Assembly: GCA_001464895.1 (NCBI GenBank) | Contig: LNEE01000037.1 | Location: forward strand, 59,653-123,652 | DNA: 64,000 bases | Direction: 5' to 3' | DNA from: Betaproteobacteria bacterium Ga0077532 | Lineage (GTDB): Bacteria > Pseudomonadota > Gammaproteobacteria > Burkholderiales > Ga0077523 | Shown: in pieces, positions 33,601 through 45,600 of the stretch | Layout: each line of letters starts with the position of its first letter | Position numbering within the stretch: the first letter of the stretch is position 1 | The notes under the pieces: generated by a model | The model's input: only the letters and a program-made list of their open reading frames with translations | What the model was told of the DNA's origin: nothing | Database searches by the model: none | Program-made: the position numbers and the translations under genes

Positions 33601-36600
33601 GGCCCGGCGTTCCACGCGAAGCTGCCGCGGCCGAAGCGATCGAGAGCGACCCCGCCCGCGATCGGGATCCAGCTCGATCCGCCGTCGGTGGACACTTCCA
33701 GGTCCACGGTCGGATTGGCGACACCCGCGGGATTGATTCGCTGCAGTTCGACCCCTGAAACGATGGCAGCTTCGTTGTTGGTGAGGTTGGTCAGTTCGAT
33801 CAGGAGACCGTCACCACCCGAGGCCGTCACGTCATAGCTGAGCACCACGGCCTTGTTCGTGGCACCGGCGATCGCGCGGCGGTCGACGGACGCAGCGACC
33901 GTGACGCCATCGACGGAGATGCCGAACCGCGAGGCGCCGATCGCTTCGGTCTGCGACAGGGTATGCAGCACCAGGCGGTAGTCACCGTCCGGCGCGGGAA
34001 GTCGGTACACGAGCTTGTTGCCCAGACCGAAGCTGGCATTGCTCCAGGTCTGGTAGATGGCCGGCGACGCTGCGCCGACCACACCGTCCGTCGAGATGGC
34101 CGTCGCGGTGCTCCTGGTGCTTCCGCCTTCCCGGTAACGATCGACGGACCAGCCATCGACCGGTGCAGTCGCACCGCCGTTGTTGAGTCGCAGCACGCTG
34201 TCGTACGACGTCAGGCCTGCGCTGCGCACCTCGACCTGCACCGTCTGGCCCGCCTCGAACTTCTCGAGCCCGTTCGGGTTGAGCACCTGCACCATCTGGG
34301 ACGCACTCTGCGTGGCCTTCGCCGTGTTGCCGTAGACGCCGAGATCCACGCGCCCACCATTCGATTCCGGCTCCGCGACGAAGATGGAAGTCGGATCGCC
34401 GGCATCGACGCCAGGACTCCCGACGGAGAGACGGAAATCGTCGTCCAGCCCGCCGTCGACGCCCCCAACGAAGCCGAGCATGCCGTCGGCACCATCGATG
34501 TCGACGAATGCCGGGTTGGCGATCGCGCTCTCGAAGTCGTTGGCGGTCTCGTAGGACCAGTCGGCCAGCGTCAGGAAGTCGCGGCCTTCCCAGAAGGCCA
34601 GCTTGCCGGTACCGAAGGTGTGGAACAGGTTGTAGTCGGACGCGAAGCCGATCTGGTTGTTGTTGCCCACGCGCAGCGCGTAGCCCGCGCCGACCACGAT
34701 GATGTTGTTCCGGATCGACGTGTTGCTTCCGCCGCCCGTCGCCAGAACACCATCACCCGCCGACTGGTAGATCGTGTTGCCGAAGAGGCCGTCACCCGCC
34801 GAGTTGAAGCCGTTCATCAGGACGCCGCGGACCCGGTTCTCGTAGATGAGGTTGCCGGTCACCGTGCTGTTGCTGCCGTTCTCCATCCCCGTGGCGTTCG
34901 CGTACACGACGTTGCCGGCGGCGAGACCCGAGCGCACGTAGATGCCGGTGCCCGAGTTGTCGAACACCCGGTTGTCGATCGCCGACGCATTGTTCGTCAC
35001 CGAGATGCCGCCACCGCTGTTCGAATAGACCGTGTTGCCTCGAACGATCGGGCTCTGGTCGGCAATGATGCCGTTGGCCGTGTTGTGATGGACGATGTTG
35101 GCTTCGACGGTCACCCGGTTGCTGGCGCTGATGCCGGTGCTGTTGTTGCGAACCTCGTTCCCCACGACGAACACGCCCTGGGTGTATTCACTTCCAGGCG
35201 CCGAAACGGAAATCCCGGTGGAGTTGTTGCGGACGAGGTTGTTCTCCACGCGCCCACGAGCCGTGGTCACCGAGATGCCGGAACTGCTGTTGCCGTAGAC
35301 CTCGCTGTTGCGGATCGTGAAGCTCTCGTTGTTCGATCCGACAATGACGCCGAGCGCGTTACCGTGGACGATCACGCCATCGAGGGTGATGCGATCCGAG
35401 TCGACGCCTTCGTTGCCGCGCACCCCGTACAGCCCGCCCGTGAGCACCACGCGCTCGATGGTGACGTCGTCCGCACCTGCGAACTGGATCACCGACTCGC
35501 CGGTGTTGCCACGGTTCAGCACTGCCAGATTGCCAGCCAGCTGCGGGCCGCGGATGGTGACGCCGGAGTCCTGGGACTCCAGAAGGATATTGGTCGCCAG
35601 GGAGTACACGCCGGTGTCGACGTGGATCACGTCGCCGGGGTCCAGGTCGTAGGCCCGCAGCAGCGCGGCGAGCGACGCCATCGGCGTGGCCGCCGTCTTG
35701 CCGTCGTTCGCGTTGTCGCCGACGGCCGTGGTGAATTCGTCGCCCGCCGTCGAACCGTCGTTCACGTAGTAGGCCGTCCCGGCGTTCGCGATCTGGAACG
35801 GCTGATCGGAGACGTCGGTGACTGTCACGGCGCCGGCATGAGCCGTTGCGCGGATCAGCGCATTGCCCACCTGCGGGCCGGCGGCCCAGGTGTAGCTGCC
35901 GCGGCCGAAGCGGTCGACGGCGAGATCTTCCGCGATGGCGAACCAGCTGCTGCCGCCATCGACGGACACCTCGAGGTCCACCGTGGGGTTCGCGACGCCC
36001 GACGGATTCAGCCTCAGGATCTCGATCCCGGAAATCATGGCAGCACCGGACGCGCCGTTCAGCAGATCGAGTCGAAGCCCCTGCCCCCCGGCGATGGTCG
36101 CGTCGAAACTCAGCGCGAGCGCCCGGTTGATCCCGCCGGTGAGCGCGCGAACATCCACAGCCGCCTGCACCACTTCACCATTCAGTGCGATGTCGAAGAC
36201 CCGCTGACCGACGATGCTCAGACTGGGCTCCACGAAGTGCAGCACCACCTGATAGTCGCCATCGTCCAGTTGCCATTGATAGCGCAACCCCTTGCCGGCA
36301 CCGCTGTCGGCATGGGCCATGGTCCGGTAGACGGCATCAGGGGCAGGGTCAGTGACACCTGCGGTAGTGATCACCGTGCTCGCGACAATGCTGTGGCTGC
36401 GCACCAGCGTCCCCAGACCGATCACATCGCCTTCCGGCGCCCAGTAGCCGACGTTCGCCGACCCGCCAGCATTCATCAGCAGCACCGTGTCGGTCGGCGT
36501 GAGACCCGCCGTACGGTAGTCGATCACCACGGACTGCCCGAGCTCCATCTTCTCGAGGCCGTTCGGGTTCACCACCTGCACCATCTGCGCTGGGCTCTGC

Positions 36601-39600
36601 GTGGCACCGGCCGTGTTGCCGTAGGCCCCCAGGTCAACGCGTCCGCCGTTGCTGTTCGGCTCGCGATCGAAGCGCGATGTCGGATCCCCGCGGTCCACCG
36701 CCGGGCTGGCCGTGGCCAGCCGGAAGTTGTCGTCCGCCCCCCGGTCACCGAGGACCCGCTGGATGCGGACCGCATCGGCCATGATCCGGCTGCTCGTGTT
36801 GCCGCCGAAATTCGACAGCTCGACGATCAGGCGGCCGTTGCGGATCTCGACCGTCTCCAGGCGCTCCCAGGCGAGACCGTCCGCATCGGTGAAATCGTTG
36901 GGAATGCCCTGGGACAACGACGCGACGGCGACCACGTCGGCGACCGTCGTGCCGCCGTCGTACACCCGGTAGCTGCCCGTGGTCGGACTGAGCCCCGAAC
37001 CGTTCGGCCAACGTGCGGCGATCTGATAAGTGCCGTCCTCCAGGCCGTCGAAGCTCCAGCGGGCCACGCTGCTGCCGTCACCGCCTCCGGGAATCCAGTG
37101 GATGTCGTTGTCGGTGGCCGTGGTGAAGATCGTGCGCTCGAGCGCCGTCGCCGTGTACGCGGGCGGACCGACCTCATTGTTTCGCCCGATGCGCTGCTCC
37201 CACGGCCCGACGATGGTGAAGCCTGCGTCGCCGTCGTCGACGAGTCGTGGCACGCCGACGAGCGCGAGGCTGTACCCGCGGGTGCCGTCAGCGCCGGCGG
37301 GGTCGATGAAGAGCGGATCCGCCACGAGGCTCTCGCCGTCGCGCCCCGTCTCGAAGAACCAGTCGGCGAGCGTGAAGAAGGGGCGATCCTCCCAGTAGGA
37401 AATGCGCGCGCCTTCACCGAGCCGGAACAGGTTGTAGTCGCTGTCGAAGCGGTCCTGCGCATTCGACGGCACGTTGATGGCGATGCCGCTTCCGGCCTCG
37501 ATGATGTTGTCGCGGATCAGCACGTTCTGGGCGCCACCCGCCGCACGGATCGCATCGCCGGTCGGCTGCACCACCGTGTTGCCGATGATGCCGTCACCGG
37601 CACCGCGATAGCCGCTGGTGACGATGCCGGCCACCGTGTTGTCGTAGACGAGGTTGCCCGCCACGCGGGACGCGCCCTCGGTGATGCCGATGCTGTTGCC
37701 GAAGACGACATTGCCTTCGGCAATGCCACCGCCGCTGCCGCCCAGCTCGATGCCGGTACCGCTGTTGGCATAGACACGATTGTCGCGCCCGACACCACCG
37801 ACGCTGAGGATGAGACCCGTGGCGTTGCGATAGATCTCGTTGTTCGACGCAAGAGCGCGATCGTCGTAGAGACTCACCCCCGTACCGCTGTTGCCGTAGA
37901 CCCGGTTGCCCTCCACCAGCACCCAGTAGCTCACGGCGATGCCGATGCCGTTGTCGTGCACCGTGTTGCCGATGATGTCGATGCGCCCCGCGGCGCCGTT
38001 GTACGAGGCCGTGATGCCGCCGCCGTTGCTCCAGACGTGGTTGCCGACGGCGCGCGTGCCGGCGCCGTTCAGATTGAGACCCCACGATCCGTTGCTGTAG
38101 ATCTCGTTGTCCGAGATCAGCGCATTCGTGTTGCCGTCGCCGATGAAGATGCCGTGCTGGCTGTTGAAGATCAGTTCGCTGCGCTCGACCGTGAGACGGT
38201 CGCTGCCGGCGTTGGTACCGGCGACGATCCCGTGGTAGCCGCCGCGGATGACGAGGTTGCGCAGCGTGACGTCGTCGGCGCCCAGCAGATTGAAGACGAA
38301 GCTCGTCGAGGACGTGTTGCCGCGGTCGAGCACCGCCGCCAGGCCGTCGAGGGTCGGCCCCTCGATCGTGACCCCGGAATCCTGTGTCACCAGTTCGATG
38401 TTCGCGGTGAGCAGGTAGTAGCCGGTGTCGACACGGATGACATCGCCGGCATCGAGGTCGTAGGCCTCGAGCACGCCGCGGATCGTGGCCTTGGGGGTTG
38501 CAGGGGTGAGGCCGTCGTTGGCGTCGTTGCCGATGGCGGTGGTGTACTGGTCTCCGGCGGTCGAGCCGTCGTTGACATAGAAGAGGCTGATCGGCGGCGT
38601 GATGCTGAACGCTGCGTTCGACACGTCGAGGATCGAAGGCGTGTCGATCGACCGCACCCGGATCCGGTAGGCGTCGCCCACGGCGAACAGGGCCGGATCC
38701 ACGCTCCACAGATGACTGCCGTCGTTCACTTCGTTGTCGGCCAGCAACTGCCAGACCGGCGCGCCGGCGACGGCGGAGATCTCGATGGCGACATTGCCGC
38801 CGAAGCCGTTGGAGCGCCAGCGGATCTCGTATGTGGATTCCTGCGGGATGGCCTCGCCGCCGTTCGGATTGGTCACGAGCATGTACTGGGCGGGGCTGCG
38901 CGAGGCCTGGGCGGTGTTGCCGTAGGCGCCGATATTCACGTAGCCACCATTGTTCGCGGGCTCGTTCGCGAACGGATCGGTGGCGGCGCCGCGGTCAATG
39001 CCGGGGCTGGTGACCGCGTCGAGCGAAAGAACGGCTGTCAGGAATACCGGGAGGCCCGTCTCGGCATCGCGCACCGGTGCGAGCGCGCCACCCTTGAAGC
39101 TGCCGAACTGGCTGCGCTCGTGGAAGTCGTCGTCGCGCCCGTCGTTGCCGACACCGCCAAAGCCCAGTACGCCGTCGGCGCCATCGATGTCGACGAAGAG
39201 CGGATCGCCGAAGAGGCTGTTGCGATCGCCGAAGGTGGCGTTCTGCCACGACAGAAGGGAGCTGCGTTCGACGCCCTGCCAGAGACCCACCGCGCCGGTG
39301 CCCGTGGCATGGAACAGATTGAAGTCGGAGGCGAAGCCCGACTGGGAGTCCGCCGCCACCGACAGGGCGTCACCCTGGGTCGCCCACAGGATGTTGTTGC
39401 GCACCCGGACGTTGCTGGAACCGCCCTGGATGCGGATCGCATCGCCGCTCGTTGCGTACACCGTGTTGCCCAGGATCTGCGCGCTTCCGCCCGACAGGAA
39501 GACGCCGTAGTCGACGGCTGCGTACAGGAGGTTGTTCCGGATGACCGAGCCGCTGCTTGTGTTGATGTTGGTCGCGTTCGAGTAGACGACGTTGCGATCG

Positions 39601-42600
39601 ATCGTGCCGGCGCCGGTGATGCCATGGCGTCGGTTGTCGTAGACGCGGTTCTCGGTCACGTCTCCGCCGGAGAACGAGATGCCGTCGTAGTTTCCCGAGA
39701 CGACGTTGCGGCTGGCCGAGCCGCCGCCGAAGAGGTTGAGGCCTGTCGCAAACGAATTGGTCTGGTTCTGGATGGTGTTGCCGGCGACGCGCGTGTTGTA
39801 GGCGGCCTGGATGCCGATCTGGCGGTTCTCGTAGGCGAGGTTCCCGCGCCCGAGCGAGAGGTCCATGTGACCGACGATGGCATCCGCACCGCCGGCGCTG
39901 TTGAAGACCTGGATGCCGACATTGTTGCGGTACGCGACGTTCGCCTCGATTCGCGATCCGGCACCGGGACCCGACACGATCAGGCCGACACCGCCGTTGT
40001 CGCGCACCACGGAATCGCTCACCACGCCGACGACACCGTCGATCACGATTCCGTCGGTCGTGTTGCTGTATGCGAGGCCGTGCGTGAAGCCCGCGATGGG
40101 CCCATCGATCCAGATGCCCCGCCCGGTGTTGTTGTGGGCGGTGAGATTGCGGAACGTCGAGAACGGGGCATTCGTGTCGACCCGCATGCCGTCCTGCGCG
40201 TGCCCGGTGACCGTGATGTACGACAGAGCAAGGCCATCGCTGCCGTTGCGCACCTCGAGGCCCCGCAGCGCATTGCGCAGCGTGAGGCCGCTGATCGTCA
40301 TGTTGTCGGCGTCGTCCAGCAGGATCACCGGCTGGGTACGATCCCCGGGGATCGCCGGGAAGAGGCCGGCAATCTTCGAGACATCGGCGGGGCCGCGGAT
40401 CGTGAAGCCCTCGTCGAGCCCGAGTCCGAGATCGGTGGTGCCGGAGAGATTCACCGGGTCGATCATCGAGTACTCGCCGGTGTCGATGTTCAGGACCGAC
40501 GCGGCATTGAGCTCGTACACGCGCAGCAGGTTCGTCGCGTAAGGCTTCGGCGCCGTCGCCAGCTTGCCGGTGTGGCGGTTGTCGCCGATGGCGCCGGGCG
40601 TGTACTCGTCATCGATGTTCGATGCGTCGTCGACCCAGTACGTCGTGCCGGCCTCCGGCACCGTGAAGGTCTCCTGCGAGCGGTCGATCGCGATCGGCAC
40701 ATTCACGAGCGAGACCTGGATGCGCAGGCCGTACGTGCCGAAGTCGAGGCCGCTCGAAGACGGGATCCAGATGTGCTCGCCGTCATCGGCCGTGGCCGCC
40801 GCGATCGTCTGACGCAGCGCCGGGCCGTGCAGGCCGTCCTGCCACAGTTCGATGCGGACCGGCGATTCCGTGCTGTTGCCGAAGGTCTCCCAGCGGATGG
40901 TGAGCGGCTTCTCCTTCTCGAGGTCCGCATAAAGATCGGGATAGCGCAGCGAGATGCGCGGTGCGCCGGTGCGCGCGACGTCGGCGGTGGTGTGGCCGTA
41001 CGCGCCCAGATCGGTGCCCTGGGCCTCGGTGCGCACGTATACGAAGGCGCCATCGAGATAGGCGTCGGCAGTGCCGGAAGCCTGCTCGCGATCGGCGATG
41101 AACCGGTACACGGCCTTGCGGGCGCCGGTGGGGATGTCGATGCGCCCACCCACGAGTTCCCAGCGGTCGGTCGTGCTCGTGGCGTCCACACGCACGGGCG
41201 TGCCCATCACGGCGTTGGTCGCGTCGAGGAACCGGATCTCGATCGCACCGCGATCGCGCGGCGTCTCCACGGCGGCGCGGATGCGACCACCGAAGACGAG
41301 TTCGAGGTCCTGGCCGTCGATCTGCGCGGCCGACACTTCCGGGCCGACGAGGTCGACCACCTGCTCGATGTAGCCCTCCTCGATCGTGCCGGGGCGGAAG
41401 AACTTCGTGCCGGAATGTGCGCCGGGCGCCGTCGTCACGACGGTGCCGTTGATGTTGAACTGGTCCCAGCCCGCGAGATCGCTCTCGAAGCCGGGGTTCG
41501 ACAGCAGATTGGTGTAGCCGGGCGGCACACCGAGGTCCGCGCGGGCGTCGCCGTCGTCGATGCCGGGGCTCGTGAACCGCAGGCCCGCCGTCACGGGCAT
41601 CAGGCGGTAGTCGTCCTGCCCGCGGTTCATGAAGCGCGGCTCGGCCCACTGCGGGTTCACGTCCGTGCGGCCGATCGAATGCAGATCGAAGCGCGCGATG
41701 TCCGCCTGCCAGTCGAGGATGTCGTCGAAGTCGCGGGTCCAGTAACCGATGCGCCCGGTGCCGGACGAATACAGGTTGTTGTAGTCGCTGAAGAAGCCGC
41801 GCTGCGAATCGTTGGCAACGTAGATGCCGTACCCGGATTCGTTCCAGAGCACGTTGTTCCGCACGTCCACGTTCGAGCTGCCACCCACGATCCGGATGAG
41901 ATCTCCGACCGGGGAATAGAGCGTGTTGTTGCCGATGCGCACATCGGTGTTCCCCGACGCCGTGATGCCCGAGACGGTGTTGCGGTAGATGAGGTTGTGG
42001 ACGATCCGCAGGCCGTTGCTCGCCACCACGCCCGTCGCGTTGCCGAAGATGCGGTTGAACTGCACGGTGCCGCTGAAGCTGCCGACACCGACGGTGTTGT
42101 CCTCGATGAGGTTCGCGGTATCGAACTCCGCGCCGCCGACCACGCCGCTGCCGCTCACGCCGACCTGGTTGCCGGTGATGTGCTGGCCGCGGACCTGCGC
42201 GTTCACCAGCGAGACGCCCGTCGTGTTGCCGGTGATCTCGTTGGCACCCGACCCGACCCAGCCCAGGGCAGCGTTGCCGGAGACCGTCGAGACGATACCG
42301 GTGCTGTTGCCGCGGATGCGGTTGCCGACCAGCGCGGCACCCGCGTTGTAGCGTACGCCCACGTTGGCGCCGAAGACGTCGTTGTCGCGGATCTCGCCGG
42401 TGAACGCGGCGTCGATGACGAGACCGCTGCCCGAGATCTCGTTGTGGGCGATGACCCCGGCCGCCGCCGCGCCGATACGCACGCCGCTGCCCGCGCCGAA
42501 TCGGTTGTGCACGATCTGCAGATCGCTGCCGCCATTCACGACGAGGCTCTGATCGGTGAACGCACTGTCGTGCACCGTGAGCCCCACCGCGTCGTCGAGC

Positions 42601-45600
42601 ACGAGCCCACCGGTCAGGGTGAGCCGCTGCAGGACACCGCCGGCGCCACCGGTCACGACGACATTCCCGACGACCACGCTGTCCATCTGCGGCGAGCCGA
42701 TGATGAGCACGCCGCTGTCGTTCGCGCCGAGCGTGAATCCGGCATGGTTGCCGGCGGCGAGGTAGATGACGTCCCCGGCACCGAGGTCGTTGTTGTCGAG
42801 GATGTTCTGGACGGTGATCGCGCCGTTCGCGACGTACACGTTGTTCGCGGCCTGCAGATTCCCGCGCAGGTAGACCTGCGGCGCGCCGGTGCTCGCGTCG
42901 GTCCAGGCGATGTAGGGTCGACCGGCGCTGTCGACGGCCGTCGCCAGTGCCTGGACATTGCCGCTGGTGGGGCTCACGCCGCGGCTGGAGGCATCGCCCG
43001 CGATGCGCTCGCCGAAGCCGAGCGGCGTCCACTGCTTCACGTAGAACGAGACCGTGTTGTCCGGGCGCTGTTGCACGCTGTCGTCGGCCCACGTGAGCCA
43101 GAGTTCCCCACCGCCCGAAGCGAGCTTGGGCGAGAACGCCCGGCCCGTGGTGGCCGAGACGCCGGTGCCCGCGGCCGAGAGCACGCCAGCGTCGACCCAG
43201 CTGCCACCGACCCGCTGGCGCGCGTAGATCTCTTCGCGCCCGGAGGACTGGTCCTGCCACGCGGCGAAGAGGACATCGCCGAGGTACGCGACGGTGGGCG
43301 TGCGGCTCGGTCCGATGTTGGCGCTGGCATTCGTCGCGGCAGTCCAGCTGCCTCCGACGAACTCGCGGGCGAACACCTCCGCGGCGTCGCCGGTACCCTG
43401 GGACCACGCGATGCCGATACGGGCGCCGTTGGTCGTGGCCGCCACTTCGCGCACACCGCCAGCCACGGCGGTGACCGCGACGCCACCGCCGAGCGTCACC
43501 CAGTTCGCGCCGTCGAAGCGCCTGGCGTGCACCTGCGGCGTGCCGCTGCTGCGGTCTGTCCAGACGGCCACGAGGCCGCTGTCGGTGACGAGCAGTTGCA
43601 CGTTGTCGGCGGCGTTCGAATTGCTGATCCCGTCGCCATCGAGGGACTCGCCGAGGGCGACCCACGCGGCACCGTTCCACTGGGCGACGCGGATGTTCGA
43701 AGCACCGCTCGCAGCGATCTCCGTCCAGGCCACCACCGGCGCCCCGCCGGAGAGGACGACGCTCGGCCGCCGGGACTGCGAGAGCGTGCTGCTCACACCA
43801 CCGCCGGAGGCACTGGACCCGAGTTCGCTCCACTCGCCGCCGGCGTTCCGCGCCACGTAGATCTCGAAGCTGCCGTTGCGCGTGTCCGCCCAGGCCATGA
43901 TCCGCGACGTCGTGGTGACCGCCACCGACGATTCGACAGCGATCCCACCACCGCCGCTCACGCCGTTGCCGCTGGCGGAGCCGGAGAACTCGCCCCACCA
44001 GCCACGATAGTCGGGTCCGGTCGGGAGGGTCGGCGTGGCGCCGGGGTCGACCACACTCACGACGGCCAGCGGTGCGGCGGTCGCGATGGGTGCTGCGAAC
44101 CCTGCGGGGTCGCCGACACCGAGGTTCACGATGTTGGACGTGCCCGCGCCGGCGTCGATGCTGTCGTCCTCACCCTCACCGAAGAGGATGTCGTTCCCGC
44201 CCTGGCCGAAGAGCTGATCCCGACCGGATCCCGCCTCGCCGAGGTCGGTGCCGAAATCGCCGTAGAGCCAGTCGACGGCATTGTCGTCGCCCGCGCCGGA
44301 AACGCTGTGGCCGTACAGGCGGTCGTGCTGTGCGCCGCCGAGCAACACGTCGACGCCCGCGTTGCCTTCGATGAGGTCGTCCCCTGCGCCGCCATCGATG
44401 ATGTCGTCGCCGTCGCCGCCGCGGAGAACGTCGTTGCCGCCGTTGCCGAAGAGCAGGTCGCGCCCGGCGTCCCCCGACATGACGTCCGCCCCATTGTCGG
44501 AGCCGCGGAGGATGTCATCGCCGTCCCCGCCGCCGAGGTCGTCGCCGACGCCTCCACCACCGATCAGCTCGTCGTTGCCGTCCTCGCCGCGGATGAAGTC
44601 GGTGCCGAACCCGCCATCGATGGTGTCGTCGTCGGCGCCACCGAACAGGCGGTCGTTGCCGAAGCTGCCGGCGATGCGATCGCGCCCCGCGCCACCGAGG
44701 ATGAGGTCGCCATGCACGCCGCCGTCGATGTCGTCGTCGCCCGCACCGCCGTCGATGATGTCCGCGCCGCCGAGGCCCCGGATCCAGTCGTTGCCGTCGC
44801 CGCCGAAGATGCGGTCGCCGAAGAAGACGTCATCGAGGAGATCGGGATCCTCGCCGCCATCGTCGGACCCGAGAATGCGGTCGTCGCCCTGGTCACCGTA
44901 GAGACGCTTGCCGACGCCGATGCCCGCGATCAGGAGATCGTTGCCGAATCCGCCACGCAGCACGTCGAGGCCGCTGCCTCCGTCGAGCAGGTCGTCGCCC
45001 GCATTGCCCCACAGCAGGTCGTCACCGCTCTCGCCGTAGATCGCGTCTTCGCCGGTGCCACCGAACAACTCGTCGTTGCCCTCGGATCCGTAGAGCCGGT
45101 CGTTGCCGGCGCCGCCCCACGCGAGGTCGTCGTCGAGGCCACCGACGATGACATCGTCGCCGAGGTCGCCCGAGAGCTGGTCGTTGCCCGCTTCGCCGAA
45201 GATCTGGTCGTTGCCCTCCTGGCCGCGAACCACGTCGTGACCGGAGCCGCCCAGGATGGTGTCGTCCCCCGCACCACCGAGGATGAGATCGTCGCCGGCA
45301 TCACCGTAGATGAGGTCGTTCTGCTGGTTGCCGTGGATCTCGTCGTTGCCTTCGCCGCCGTAGATGATGTCCTCGCCAGCGCCGCCGGACATGAAGTCCG
45401 CGCCCGTGTCGCCGTACATCGTGTCCCGGCCGTCGCCGCCGAACATGCGGTCGTTGCCGCTGCCGCCGTGCATACGATCGTCCCCGGCCTCGCCGTAGAT
45501 CTCGTCGTCGCCGCCCTGACCGTGGAGCACATCGTTGCCGGACGCGCCGGACTCACCGCCGCGCTCGTAGTCCGTCCCGGTGGCGAAATCGCCCCACAGC

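Larger units (their letters stand above)
35799..38609 (-). other. Beta-helix module C (937 aa) carrying golvesin-C-like and malectin-like domains
   Basis: Starts FSITPPISLFYVNDGSTAGDQYTTAIGNDANDG. Coils include IYSNGSWGLNLNG, VHDNGIGIAVS, VYGNSGTGVSLY, IYRNATGLILS, VYANSGTGIELG. Cap: SPAVDRGDPTSRFDREPNSNGGRVDLGAYGNTAGA. Confidence 0.8.
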
